Shown here piece by piece: positions 48,157 through 60,419 of a stretch of DNA of 64,000 nucleotides. A program made the translations under genes and the position numbers. This DNA comes from Chrysomallon squamiferum (taxonomy: Eukaryota > Animalia > Mollusca): contig CM022679.1 in NCBI GenBank assembly GCA_012295275.1, forward strand, positions 17,236,001 to 17,300,000, read 5' to 3'. A model generated the notes under the pieces. It ran no database searches, was not told the DNA's origin, and worked only from the letters and a program-made list of their open reading frames with translations. The stretch's first letter is position 1. Every line of letters starts with the position of its first letter.

Positions 48157-48191
<35 letters not shown>

Positions 48192-48540
48192 TACATTTGG
48201 TTTAAATATTGATCAATACAAAAATGATTTTAAATGTTTTTTTTTTCTTCTTATAATAAATATTTATAAAATAAAAAACTGTAAAAGAAACAAACAAAAC
48301 AACCAATGTCTTTGATACAGCTACAACAGATACAGCTATCTTTGTGAAACAATTATTTTCACTCATATCTATTATTATTATTATGGAAAAGAACTGAGCC
48401 TGTGGCAATACTGCCTGCAACCTTAGTGTGTAGGCCAAGAAGAGACCCAAACCACCAGAGGGCACCAGCTTGCATGCACACACAACACAACACCTCTATT
48501 AGACACAGACTAAGTGAGTAATCAGTATGAGGATTAACTG

Positions 48541-48546
48541 TTTATT
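48541..48546 (-). terminator. Candidate distal polyadenylation signal of Rbfox
   Basis: AATAAA on the minus strand, followed ~45-65 nt downstream by a GU-rich tract (GTGTTGTGTTGTGTGTG). Confidence 0.45.
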
Positions 48547-51500
48547 TGCATGAAAAAGGTGCCACAGCTATATAGAAGTAGGTTTAAATGTGCAAGCTAG
48601 TATATACTAAAAGAAAAATTATAAGTAGGAGAGAACAAATACAAACTATAGTTATTATTCATGACATTAATGATCTCTGAAACACAAATCAACCAATCAA
48701 AGAGCAGATAATGAAGCACAATTAATACAAAATAATAGTAGTAAATATTAATTAAAAAAAGTACCGACATAATAATAAAAACACCACTTGCAAAACACTG
48801 TGCTGGTAATATTTTGGGGTTATATATAAGGGGACATCAAGGTAATTCTGAACAGTATTCATTAATTTGCAAAAGGAATCTGACATGGCTAAATATCTAC
48901 TATGCGTACAACACATCCCTATGTAACAATATTGAGAAATACTATAAATAATGCAGACATCCACTATACTATTTTATTCATACAAGAAATGGTTATAATA
49001 ATAGTAATAACCAGCAAGATGTTAAAACCAACATCGTGCAAAAAAATTTGATTGCAAATTCTAACAATAGCACTCTCCATGCACGAGGCAAAATAAAATG
49101 GGACTCGAGTTTTCTCCCTTGGTCATGAATTCAATTACAAGTCTTATGGTTCCTTCTTTAATGACTCATGTATTTCAAAACAAAATAAAAAATCCATCCT
49201 GCACACCTACTACAAATTAATAATCTGTTGAAACATTATGTAAAAAGGAAATTAAATTTTGTTAAGATTATAAAAATATTATTGTTAGTCATTGTCATTC
49301 CTCTACAAAAAAAAAGATAATACAGTTGCTATACAAACTGTCATTTGGACAATTTCAAAGCCTATCTTTATAGCAATTCTGCAGAACAAATTTTTTTTTT
49401 TTTAAATAAAAAGATAAAAGAAAATGAGTTTAGTGTTAGAAAAAGTACTTCTGTTTAAGTAAAGTAAAACATCAGGGAGAAAACACGAGGCTATTGTTCA
49501 CGTCACAATCCACCAGAAATTTGAACAAGAATCAGGCCAGCTCTTTCATGTGGCTTGTCTGGAACTCTTGATGCCATTTGGAAACTATTCTGGACACTTA
49601 TTATTGCACGTTTCATAAAAGAAAATACTGAACCCATGGATAAAAGGTATTCATGAATCTTGCTGAATATCATTACAAATATAGTCTTACTTTAAGTACT
49701 TTGATTAATTATGAAATTTACTTTTGTGTTCTCATTTAGAAATATGTTACAATTATTTAAATTAAAGAGAAGTACAGTAGGCTGCCTATCCAATAATTAG
49801 TAACCATTTTCAAAGAAAGTAGATGTCGCCATAATGACAGTAAGTATTAAATTAAGCTTATTCAAAATTTCCAATGTGTTTGACTAGAAAATACTCTGCT
49901 ATCTCACATTTTTATCATTAATCATTAAGTGCTATTTTTGTATAGCAAAAACAAGGCAGAAACAGGTCAATAAGTTTTGTAAGAAAAAACAGACCGGAAA
50001 ACAAATTAAATAAAAAATAAACCCCTAACATTTTGGGTATTCAGCCTTGGAAAATTAGATTAACATTAAAAAAACCTAAGTACAATTGAGGTAACTGTGA
50101 AAAGAAGAAAATAATAATCCTGGAATATAAATGATGACTGAACTCAAGTAAAACATGAACTTTTGTAGAGTTAGCATTTTTTTAAAAGAAAAATATTGGA
50201 TGGCAAAAAATATATATATATGAATTATAAAACCTGAATTTCTGTAAAATTGCTTTGCTAATCAAAAATAGCACAGCATGATAAACAAATGAATGAAAAT
50301 GTTAACAATTGATAAGTATTGCATATAGGATGCTGCTTAAAATTCTTGATGACTTTTTGTGTCTAAATGTAACGAGGCACCAACAATTCCAATGGGGTTA
50401 CAGATAAGTAAATTTCTACATACCATTAAAAACAAACAAATCCTTATCCAACCACATGTTAATGTACATTCAGATATCAAAGTAATCTGCCTTTCATGCA
50501 AACCCAACATGCCTCAGTTAAAAAAAAAAAAAAGAAAAAAAAAGAAAGTTAAATAAAATCATGCTACAATGGAAGAACAAAACCTGGTGATATTCCCCAC
50601 CAGAGACTGGGATACTGCCATCACATACACAGTGCTGGCATAATAGTTCAGTGTAATATAATATAAGTATATATAATTTTATAAAGTATATATTTTTTGT
50701 TTTTATAATACAGTGTAGTGGCTCAATTCATACATTACTAATAGGTAACATCCAAGCCAGACATTTAGCTGATATTATTATTATTATACAAAAGTATACA
50801 TGTCATAGATATTGTATGCACTGAAAATATCAACCAAGTGGTTAGACTGTTTAAACAAACAAATTTACTTGTTGTTCATACTGTTGTCAACAAATTTATA
50901 TCTGTGTTCTTATTAGTTTTATAGCATTCTGTAAGAAACAATGTTGGAAGATTTTAATTTGAAATGATGAAGATATTCTTAACTAATAGAAACTGAACCC
51001 CCCCCCCCCAAAAAAAAAAACCCTATGAATTACACTGGATTTAAATAATATAAAATAATATAAAATAAATAAATAAATAAATAAATAAAAAAAGAGTTGA
51101 AATACACTGGCTTTAAATTGCAAGAAAAGAAAATTTGGTTATTTCAAATTTGTTTTTGAGTTCTCTGCCAATCAGTATACTAAATAGAATACAGATACTA
51201 ATAATTCCTCAGCCAATGAAGAACAAGTTTGCATACAATGTCTTAATACTGTACTTTCTTTAATGGATGACTATTTGACATAGAAAGACTAGTTGATGAA
51301 GAACAAATACAACATGACAGCTAGCTATATGAGAATGAATGAACTGTTCAGTATGGATAAAAGGATTCTATACAGTGCATCCATAAAACAAAATACAGCA
51401 TTTTCCCTAATGTGAACAGCTTAACCTACTAAATCAAAAGGTAAAAAGAACAGTTGAAATAACTTTTGATTTTGCTCATTATTTTGAAACATTAAAAATC

Positions 51501-54500
51501 CCCATCCATCTAAAATGCAACAGAAAGAAAAAAAAAAGTTGAAAAATGTGTTCAAAATGCAAAAAATTTCCATTAGATGCAAAACATATTGATCGCCAGG
51601 CATAAACAAATCAAGCTACACAATGCAACATTAACAATAAGACATAACTGCAGACTGTAGTTTTCTCTGAGATAACTGAACTGATTGTTTGGAAATACAT
51701 TCTGGAAGTTGATAAAGAAAAGAACAAGAAATACTTTTCACAAATAAAAAACCAAATCACCTAAGACAAATTATCATCAATTTAATAAAAAATGTTTTGA
51801 TTATCAACAAGGATTGCGTAGATTGTACAAACTGTATAAATAAATAAATTACCAAAAACAAATGTATTAAACTTAGTTTGTTTCTTCCTATTTTCAAAAA
51901 CATTTTGTCAACATTCCGTCTTTATTATGACCGACAAAACTATTGTGGAAAAGATAAACTGTTTTCTAACTATAATTATATAAACAAACACTTACAAATA
52001 TGTTTCTGATCATAGACTAAAGCTAAATTAATGAAAGATTACAAATAAATACTGAGTAAAATGAACCTATAACATTTACATGAAAGATCTGTGATTTTAT
52101 AATTTGATTACTTATAAAAAAATTCTACTAAAAAAAAAAAGTCGGTCATATAAAGACAGTAATACTAATAGATACATTTAGTACTTATTAAATCAGTAAC
52201 AAATTATAATAATAATAATAATAATAACAATAACATCAAAAGAAAAAAATTCAGATCAAAATTCTTAGTAAAAGGCAAGATAATTTTGGCGATAAAAATG
52301 CTTAATAATAATAATAAAAAAGTATTGTTATAACTGGTTCTGTCCTTATTTCATTTTTGAAAAAAAATAAGCTCTATGTAAAATTTATTTGGCAAATCTT
52401 TTTGGAATTGTTCAGTTAAATCTTGTTCAATTTAATTTTTTTTTTTTCTTTTTTTAAAGATGTATAACACATATTTTGTTTTGAAAAAGACAAGAAACAG
52501 GCAGCTAAGATGGGTGAGCAGACTATCTGAATATGAATTATTTTACTAAAACCTTTCACTTATTTTACATTGAGCATTTACTCATTTAAAACAAAATAAG
52601 AAGAGAAAACCAGTGTTGATAATCTAATTACCCAGATCTTTCTTGTGGATACTGTTTGTACAATGTGAGGAAGATAAGTATTTTTATTATAGCACCAAAC
52701 GTGAAAAAATCATACACAGCAAACATACAAAAACAACCAAGCATCTCCTTTCATACCAGTTTAATATTAAAACTATTCTAAATTCAGCCCTGTTTATCCT
52801 GTTTGCAAGTGTCTGTACAATCAAAAAGGGTAACAGCTTAAAAAAAATAAAATAAAAAAAATTAGAAAAGTTACTTCAAATCAAAAATTAGGTTTCCCTA
52901 TTCAAACTATTTAGCAAAACATAAGTAATTCTTTGTGGACCCTAAATTATCTCAGGAATAATTACCTGAACTAGAAACTTATTAAATTTATTTACTTTTC
53001 TGAAAAGGATCAGTTGGAATTGAAAACATATATTCAACACTTTCACATCTACAAGTCATTTCAAAGAGTTTGGCACCAAGGATTGACTATACACATTTTA
53101 GTTAGACCCATAGCAATGGTCAGAGTTAAATCTGGTAGTTATTTACCAGGAATGACTGTTTCATAAAAAAAACTTTTTTTTAAATATTTGTTTTCTCAAA
53201 GATTTCCATATAATAACTTTATATTAAAAAATAAGCTGTTTTGAGGCTGAGAGATTCTAAAAACTAAGACATTTATAGACTGGTGACTGATTAACTCCTT
53301 TGATTTGCTGTTAAAATACAGTGAAAGATTGCACATATGAAGTGTGAGGTACAGGAACATAATAATGCATAACAATATACTGGTTACAACAACGTCTACA
53401 AATAATGTTCCTGAAATTCATCATTGACTAAGGAGCCTTTAAAGCCAGTACTGGCCTGATAACAAAAAATAAAATGAATAGGTTTTTGATACACATCTGA
53501 TATTCATACTAAATCTACTGCTGCTGTTTTATTTAAGACAGAATTATTTCAGAATCTTATCTAATTGACCAGTGTCTTTTTAATGGTGATACTGTTGTCC
53601 TGTAAGTTTAAATCCCAATGAACTGACTTCCTCAGTCCATGCTTTTATTTCACAATGTACATGTACATTTCTTTGGTTTTACTTTAAGCACTATACATTA
53701 GACAAAAACAGTTATTATAGAAAAAAGAAACCATTTCAGAAGTGTGTGACACTGATGACAAAATAGCTGACAGAGACTTTAGCACATATTGCAAAATATA
53801 TACAGCTTCTGCAAGAAAAAAAACAAGAACAAAAAAAAAATCCACTCACAAATAAGACAATCAAAAAACAAACAAATAAAAAACCTTCCTGAGGTTCAAA
53901 ATGTCATCACTGTGTTTAAGCAAAAAATTATCTGGGTTAGAAAAATTCCCACAATTTTGTGTAGAAGTCACAGAAGTCTTCATAAAGTAAAAATGGTTAT
54001 AATAACATTAATAGTAATTATATTTCACACATTACAAATTATGTAACCTGACTAGAAATAAGCCATTAACCAATTAAAATATAATACTGACAATAATTAA
54101 TAATGAAAAAAAAAGGAGAAATGAATTGACCAAAAAAAAAAAAAAAAATTGATGTTGCCATTATAGAGATTATAATTTGTTTCAGTATTTCTGTTTGTTG
54201 TTTAAAATTTGGCAAGCATGGACCGAGGAAGACTTCTGAGCTGTATACAATGTAAATGATTGTGATGAAATGATATAGATGGGGAAAACAACGGATTTCA
54301 AACAGTAAACCTACAAATGTTTGAATAACTATTAAAGCTTATTTAATGAAAAAATAAGAAAAAATAAGTCTAATGTACCAACGTACATAAACCCAAATAA
54401 AGAGAATGATGAAGAAATTAAGAATTTCAAACTATCCTGAAATCTGAATCTTGTGTAATGCAGCAGTAATTCCATTATCTACAGACTGTGCAGAGTAATG

Positions 54501-55057
54501 AAACAACTATATTTGCTGTACAATCACTTCATAAAATGAGTACTAGTAGAAAAGTTCAAAGTAAGTCAGCCAAAATCCAACTCAGAAAAAAAGACAATAC
54601 AATAAAAATAAACAGCTTAAAAGGGTAAAAAGAAGATACATATACACACACAAATGACTAGATGTGTTTGTTCAAAAATAAAGCTTGCAAGAAGACTGAG
54701 TATTCTTTATATCAGATGACCCATCTGACATCTTTCCTGCAGTGTGGAGAATTGTTTAAAATATCAAAAAAACAAAAAACCCCAAACAACAAATATATGT
54801 GTACTTCTATGCGGCATGTGGGGTCAAAGGAGAAAAAAAATAACAACAAAGAAAAAAAACAAAAAAAACAACATAGGAAGAATTCTACAATAAAGCACCA
54901 TGACCGCCATCACTTTCAATTTTCTACATTTTTCATTGCACTGACAATAAGTATCCATCTCCACACCACAACTAGCAGTGACTGTTGGTTCATACGACTT
55001 CTATCACATGATGGACACATGACCACCGTGTCCATACTGAATGCCACTGGATCAAGT

Positions 55058-55102
55058 TTAATAAGGTGCAAACCTCTGATATCCACCTCTGTATACTGTA
55101 GC
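55058..55102 (-). CDS. RBFOX1: Rbfox last coding exon (ATVYRGGYQRFAPY*)
   Basis: Hallmark RFAPY C-terminus; TAG acceptor; TAA stop. Confidence 0.94.
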   Translation of the reverse strand, partial: ATVYRGGYQRFAPY

Positions 55103-55902
55103 CTATATTTTGAAAAAAAAAAACACACAAAAAATGACTGCAAGTATTTATAAAAGTTTTTAACATGTTATAAAAGGAAAATTTCTGAAGTTTAGAGACT
55201 GATATAAATTTATATATTTCAATAGCACATATATTACTTCTTTAGTTATTTATTTATTAATATAAAAATATTGCCAATGTTGTATTAGGAATTATATTCT
55301 AAACTGGATTATGTCCCTTTGGTAGTGACTCCAATTAAATGAAATAATTTGTGCAAAGATTAGTTTTTATGTTTTGGACAGGAATCCATTCAGACTCCAA
55401 AATATATTTTTTTGATTTAAGTATTTTATTTCTTTCAGTAAATGTCCTTTCTTCACAAATTTTCATAGGGAGAAGTTATTTATTAAATATTTACTATGAC
55501 AAGTCACGTTTTGTAGCATTCAAGTTATACAGTTTTACATGTATTAATATTGTGTTTTAAATTTTTCGCAATGAATCTGATCAGCTCAATAACATTAGGA
55601 AGAATTTTCTTTTGACACATTGTTTTAAATTTTTAATACTTTCCATTAATCACAGAAATCTATAAATTTTAATCTTATCTGGAAAATAAAGTTTATAGCT
55701 GATAAGAAATACTGACGCCATATCCAGGAACAGGTCCAATATTGTGCCCAAGGTAAGGATCTGCAGCTAATTCTCTTCCATACCTGAATAAAACAAAGAT
55801 TTAATATACATAAAAGCAAAAATCCATGTTATCCTCAATTACAAATATTCCATTTCATGTTAATAGCTGGACAAGTTTTATTTATTTATTTACTCCATTT
55901 AG

Positions 55903-55939
<37 letters not shown>

Positions 55940-58900
55940 CAAATTAACATCTGCTTTCTGTTTTGTGTGGAAAAAATAAAAATTCTTATGATAATATTAA
56001 ATTTGTTGCCAGATGACTTTTACATTGATGGAAGTATTAAGAGAAATCCTTTTTTAGATGACTTCAAGTGTTATTTCTATTCATACATGTTCTTCTTTTT
56101 CAATAAATCATAAAACAGGAGATAATAATGATAGGTTTCAGGAAAAGCAAAATTTAACTAAATTCTTCTCAAAATAAAGTTGTATTATAAAAATAGGTCA
56201 GGCATGCTCATCCATATTACCAACAATAATTTGTTTCATCACTGATTATAAGCATTTGTAATATTCCATGCTGTTGTATTTATTAAAACAATTTCAATCA
56301 TTTATTTATGTTTAGTACATATAAAATTCAAACAAAAGAAAATGAAAATGTACCATGTGTTACAGTGACAGCATAGCACTTGCTGAAGTTATTTGCCTGA
56401 AATTTGGTTTTTTTAGTAATTCTTAATTAACTGATGTAGTTATATATATAAAAAGAATGTTGGTTGAAAATTAATTGTTCTAGTATTAGAGATGATCAAT
56501 ACATTTATATATAATATGTATTTTTCCAAACATTTCATTAATTGTGATGATTTACAAAATTAAAAAGGTTTAAATCCTGATCTAATGAAGCATCTACCAT
56601 TCTGAACTGAACTATAAAAACTGTTGATTTGATCAAACTGATGAAGTTAAGCTATTGACAAATATGCTTAAAAGCAGGCAATGGAAACAAAATCAATACT
56701 GACCACCCACCATATATCAGGAAAAAGATACACCAAAGTCATATGCGAAAATCTAACTTATCTGCATAGACTTGCAAAGGGATTAATTTAAAATTAAAAA
56801 CAGCAGAAGGCAGAGATGAAGAGTAAGGGAGAGAATGAAAATGAGAATAAAATCTATAACTCGTCTACAAAAATCAACAATTTAGGTCCATCTCATGCTA
56901 AGATTAATTGTTTTCTTACCCTGCAGCATAAGTTGCAGCCGTGGCCACAGCTGGGATTGCGTATCTTGCTGCTCCGGCAGGAAACCCTGCTGCTGCTGCA
57001 TACGGTTGTGTTGTTATCAACTGCAAACCAAATCAAGTTATTATTATTATATCTGTTTTCTACTGAAGTATTCAGTGTATACATTTAACTGCTATATTTT
57101 CTTTACTAATTTATATAATGGTCTGGATAATTTATGTACATTATGCAATATTTTAAAAATAATATATACATCATCATTATTACATCTAAATAATTATTAT
57201 TATTTACATAATAAAATAACAAAATTGAAATCAAATATTTACTTGGTATCTCCCATCATATGCTGCTGCTAACAATGGATCTTGATACAATCCCCTAAAG
57301 AATACAAAATAAACAAATGTTATAATGACTGAATATTGCTAATTAAAGACTTCATTTTTTATTTACTTTAACTGAATAAATCAGTTTTTGAATATATAAA
57401 CATATATACTGATAGGAGGATTAATTCATTCATATTTTTATTATTTTAATCCTTTCAAGGCTCAAAAGAATATGAAAAACATCTATATATTAAATATTTA
57501 ACACATTTGATGAAAAGAATTTTTATAATAATTTAAAAAATAAAAGGAAACGAGAAAATGGTAGACGAAATACAGACTGGATATGAACTTACGCATAAGG
57601 CAATGCTGTTGCAGTGGCTGCTAATGGAGTTGGATGTCTTAGGGCTGCTGCAGCAGCTGCTGATGCAGCTGCAGCATATGCACCACGTGCAGCAACGGCT
57701 GCTCTTGTTCTTGTCAAGGCAACTCCTCTCAAAGCAGCAGCTGAAATACAATCTGGAAAACCTCAAAATGAACTCATATATTTTCAGCCTGTAACAACTA
57801 CAACAGTCACCCATCCCAAATGTGATAAACAGGGATTAATTTATATTAAACTGACATTAATCAAATATTTGTTATTTGCACATATGGCCATTTGTTATGT
57901 TTTGAAAGTAGTTTCAGTCATCTATATGGGTGCATAACATAAAGATAAGAAGACACTTTGACAATAAGGATTCACAGAGGAAAGGTTTGGACACAATTCC
58001 AGTCAAAGATGTCAGTTTATAAAATCTCAATGGTTTTATGCACACTATCCCTAATCTATAACCATTCACATTCCAGACAGATGTATGAACAAAGGATGGG
58101 CTGTGGAAAATAATAAATCTCATTCAGTGATATTTAAATTCAAACACCAAATGTAGCAAATTATTATGTTAATATTTCATCAGTTGTTTATTGATCTAAA
58201 GTAAGTTTTATTTGATAGTCACTCACCAGAAGCTATTCAAACTCATCTATAGAGGACAAAATTAATCCCACTGTGCACATTCACCGAAGCCAATCTTGTC
58301 TTGTTAGCAGAAAATAATATTACAATATGCACCATTTACTTTACCCAAAGATGCGGATATTTAATATGTTAAATATTACAATTTCACCCAATATGATGAA
58401 GTTCAAAAACATGCTAATAAAAATCAAACCAAATGTTGTTTTTGTTTTTTTCTTATTTGTAACTACCGAATGTATGATAATCAAAATATATTATTTAAAT
58501 ATATTTGAATACTAATATTGAAACCAGAGAAGAGAAATTTGTAAATTTAATGAACCAAAATGGTTGATAAACCAATGACATTTTTTTAAATGCTTATAAA
58601 ATGTTAGCACAGATGCATATTAGAAACATTTTGGTATATACTACACCTTTAAGTTAAATATAATTAGCATATATATATATATATATTGTCAGATGTATTT
58701 GGTTTTTCCATATTTTCGTTATCTCCTTTAAACAATCTATCTAGCTTTTATTACCAAGTTATTTTGTCTGAAAAACACTTCAATCCCAAGAGAATGGCAG
58801 CTGTTCAAACCAACCACTTAAAGAGGTGCCTAGATCTGTCAGTGTCTTTTTAGAAAGTTAGAATTTCACTTTTTACTGGCTTGGACTGCTTTTGAGTTTT

Positions 58901-60419
58901 TGCCACAGTGGTTTCTTTCACTGGCTAGTGATAAAGAAAGTTAATCACTTACATTCATGCCTGTTTGAGTCCATTTTGTTCAGTTCTGCAGAAGATGTTA
59001 ATTGACAAGCCTGACAGCAGACCTTCAAATCCAATGCACTTGCTCAAGACTGACATAAAATTCTCCTCTAATAATTTCTATTCAGTTCTTGTCCCATGCA
59101 ATCACACAGTGTATAAGATTACATCATACCTGATTTTTTTTAATGTTAATTATAAACGTGCCCTGACACATTTCAACTATAATTTAATTATTTAAAATAA
59201 AAATAAAATATTTTAAAAATTCAGATATTTTTCTTCTAAAAGAAATAAGGATGCAGATAGTTTCATTGCAAACAGCATGCAATGTCATTATAAAAGCAGT
59301 CATTCGGTATTAACAATTTAGTCTCTAAGCCCATTCAGTTTAATATATAAATGATTTAAACTGTGAAATGTGGGTGCTAATAATTATTAGTTTGTTGGCT
59401 GTCAAATATTTATGACTTATTTAAACATTATTTTATTAACATCAGCGATGAGAAATGAGACAAGCATAATCATCAGACAATTATTATCACTACTTTCATA
59501 AACATTTACAAATATAAAAATCCATTTCATTTATTTAAATTAATTATCTACAATTATTTGATGAACAATTTTGGACAGCATGGATGTCAAAAATGATTAA
59601 TTTGTTTTATATATATATATATAAAATTCTATGAGAAATGGGCCAAAATAAAACTATTAATGATTGAATTACTGAACAAATGAGATATTAAAACTGCATT
59701 TTCAAATTTTTAAAACTGTTTTGCTGTACACAAACAACTTTGTTCTAAAATGTGCCAAATCATAACACAACTTTCATTCCTTAAGCACTGAAATTATTTA
59801 ATATATAAATAAAATACTACGAACATCCATACTTAACAATTAGTAATGTTCATTTTTTCACAGCAAAGTTTTAATCTAAAGTAATATAATATACACCCAC
59901 ATGCACAGTTAATTCTGTTTCAAAATTCAAAAATGCTTGCAGATGGGTTTTCAGCTTTAACTAGCTGAAAATGCCTGCCCTGCAAAGATACTAACTTCCA
60001 ACTGAAATGGGCTAAGCTAAAATGCTAACAGTATGAAAAGATACATTAATCATTTTAATTAATTAACTTATTTATAAAAAACAATTTAAAATAATTTCTC
60101 AACAAGAAACTAATGCCTTTATAAAATTTAAAAGCATTTTAATTTACCTTTTTTCTGAATAATGAATTGTTTTACAGAAAAAAAATCAATAATAAAAAAA
60201 TAATTAAAAAAGAGAGAAGTAAGGTTAGATAATGGAGCAGTTCATCTTGTCTATAATTTTTAAAAGAGAATTTCTGAACTGGTATTTGTTAAACAACTGC
60301 TGCTATTGCATTATGAATCTATCTGCTTCCTCATCTTTTGATCTCCTAAGCTTACCATTTGGTATGGTTGGTGCAGCAGTGGTCTTTTTGGTCATAACAC
60401 GGGCGGTGGCATTATTAAC
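55058..60419 (-). CDS. RBFOX1: RNA-binding Fox protein (Rbfox/A2BP1), 3' six coding exons; 5' part including the RRM is outside the window
   Basis: Exons 60419-60356, 57740-57593, 57294-57243, 57020-56920, 55783-55717 and 55102-55058 join in phase. They encode VNNATARVMTKK (post-RRM Fox motif), AAALRGVA, an Ala/Tyr/Gly-rich C-terminal domain, YGRELAADPYLGHNIGPVPGYG and the terminal RGGYQRFAPY* PY-NLS. Confidence 0.95.
55717..55783 (-). CDS. RBFOX1: Rbfox exon (YGRELAADPYLGHNIGPVPGYG)
   Basis: CAG/GTCAGT boundaries, phase 2 to 0, conserved ADPY motif. Confidence 0.93.
56920..57020 (-). CDS. RBFOX1: Rbfox exon (LITTQPYAAAAGFPAGAARYAIPAVATAATYAAG)
   Basis: CAG/GTAAG boundaries, phase 0 to 2. 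Confidence 0.9.
57243..57294 (-). CDS. RBFOX1: Rbfox exon (GLYQDPLLAAAYDGRYQ)
   Basis: TAG/GTAAAT boundaries, phase 2 to 0, YQD motif. Confidence 0.9.
57593..57740 (-). CDS. RBFOX1: Rbfox exon (AAALRGVALTRTRAAVAARGAY...ATALPY)
   Basis: CAG/GTAAGT boundaries, phase 1 to 2; an alternative in-frame acceptor would start the exon at 57752. Confidence 0.9.
58227..58246 (-). other. RBFOX1: Candidate 20-nt stop-containing (poison/truncating) cassette exon of Rbfox
   Basis: ttttgtcctctatag|ATGAGTTTGAATAGCTTCTG|gtgagt; entered in phase 1 it reads D-E-F-E-stop. Confidence 0.55.
60356..60419 (-). CDS. RBFOX1: Rbfox exon (VNNATARVMTKKTTAAPTIPN)
   Basis: Conserved post-RRM Fox motif; TAG/GTAAGC boundaries. 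Confidence 0.94.

Noticed and set aside
54662-57937. Plus-strand ORFs of 90-163 aa (54662, 56816, 56895, 57558, 57614)
   Set aside because: Antisense shadows of Rbfox exons or A-rich low-complexity sequence.
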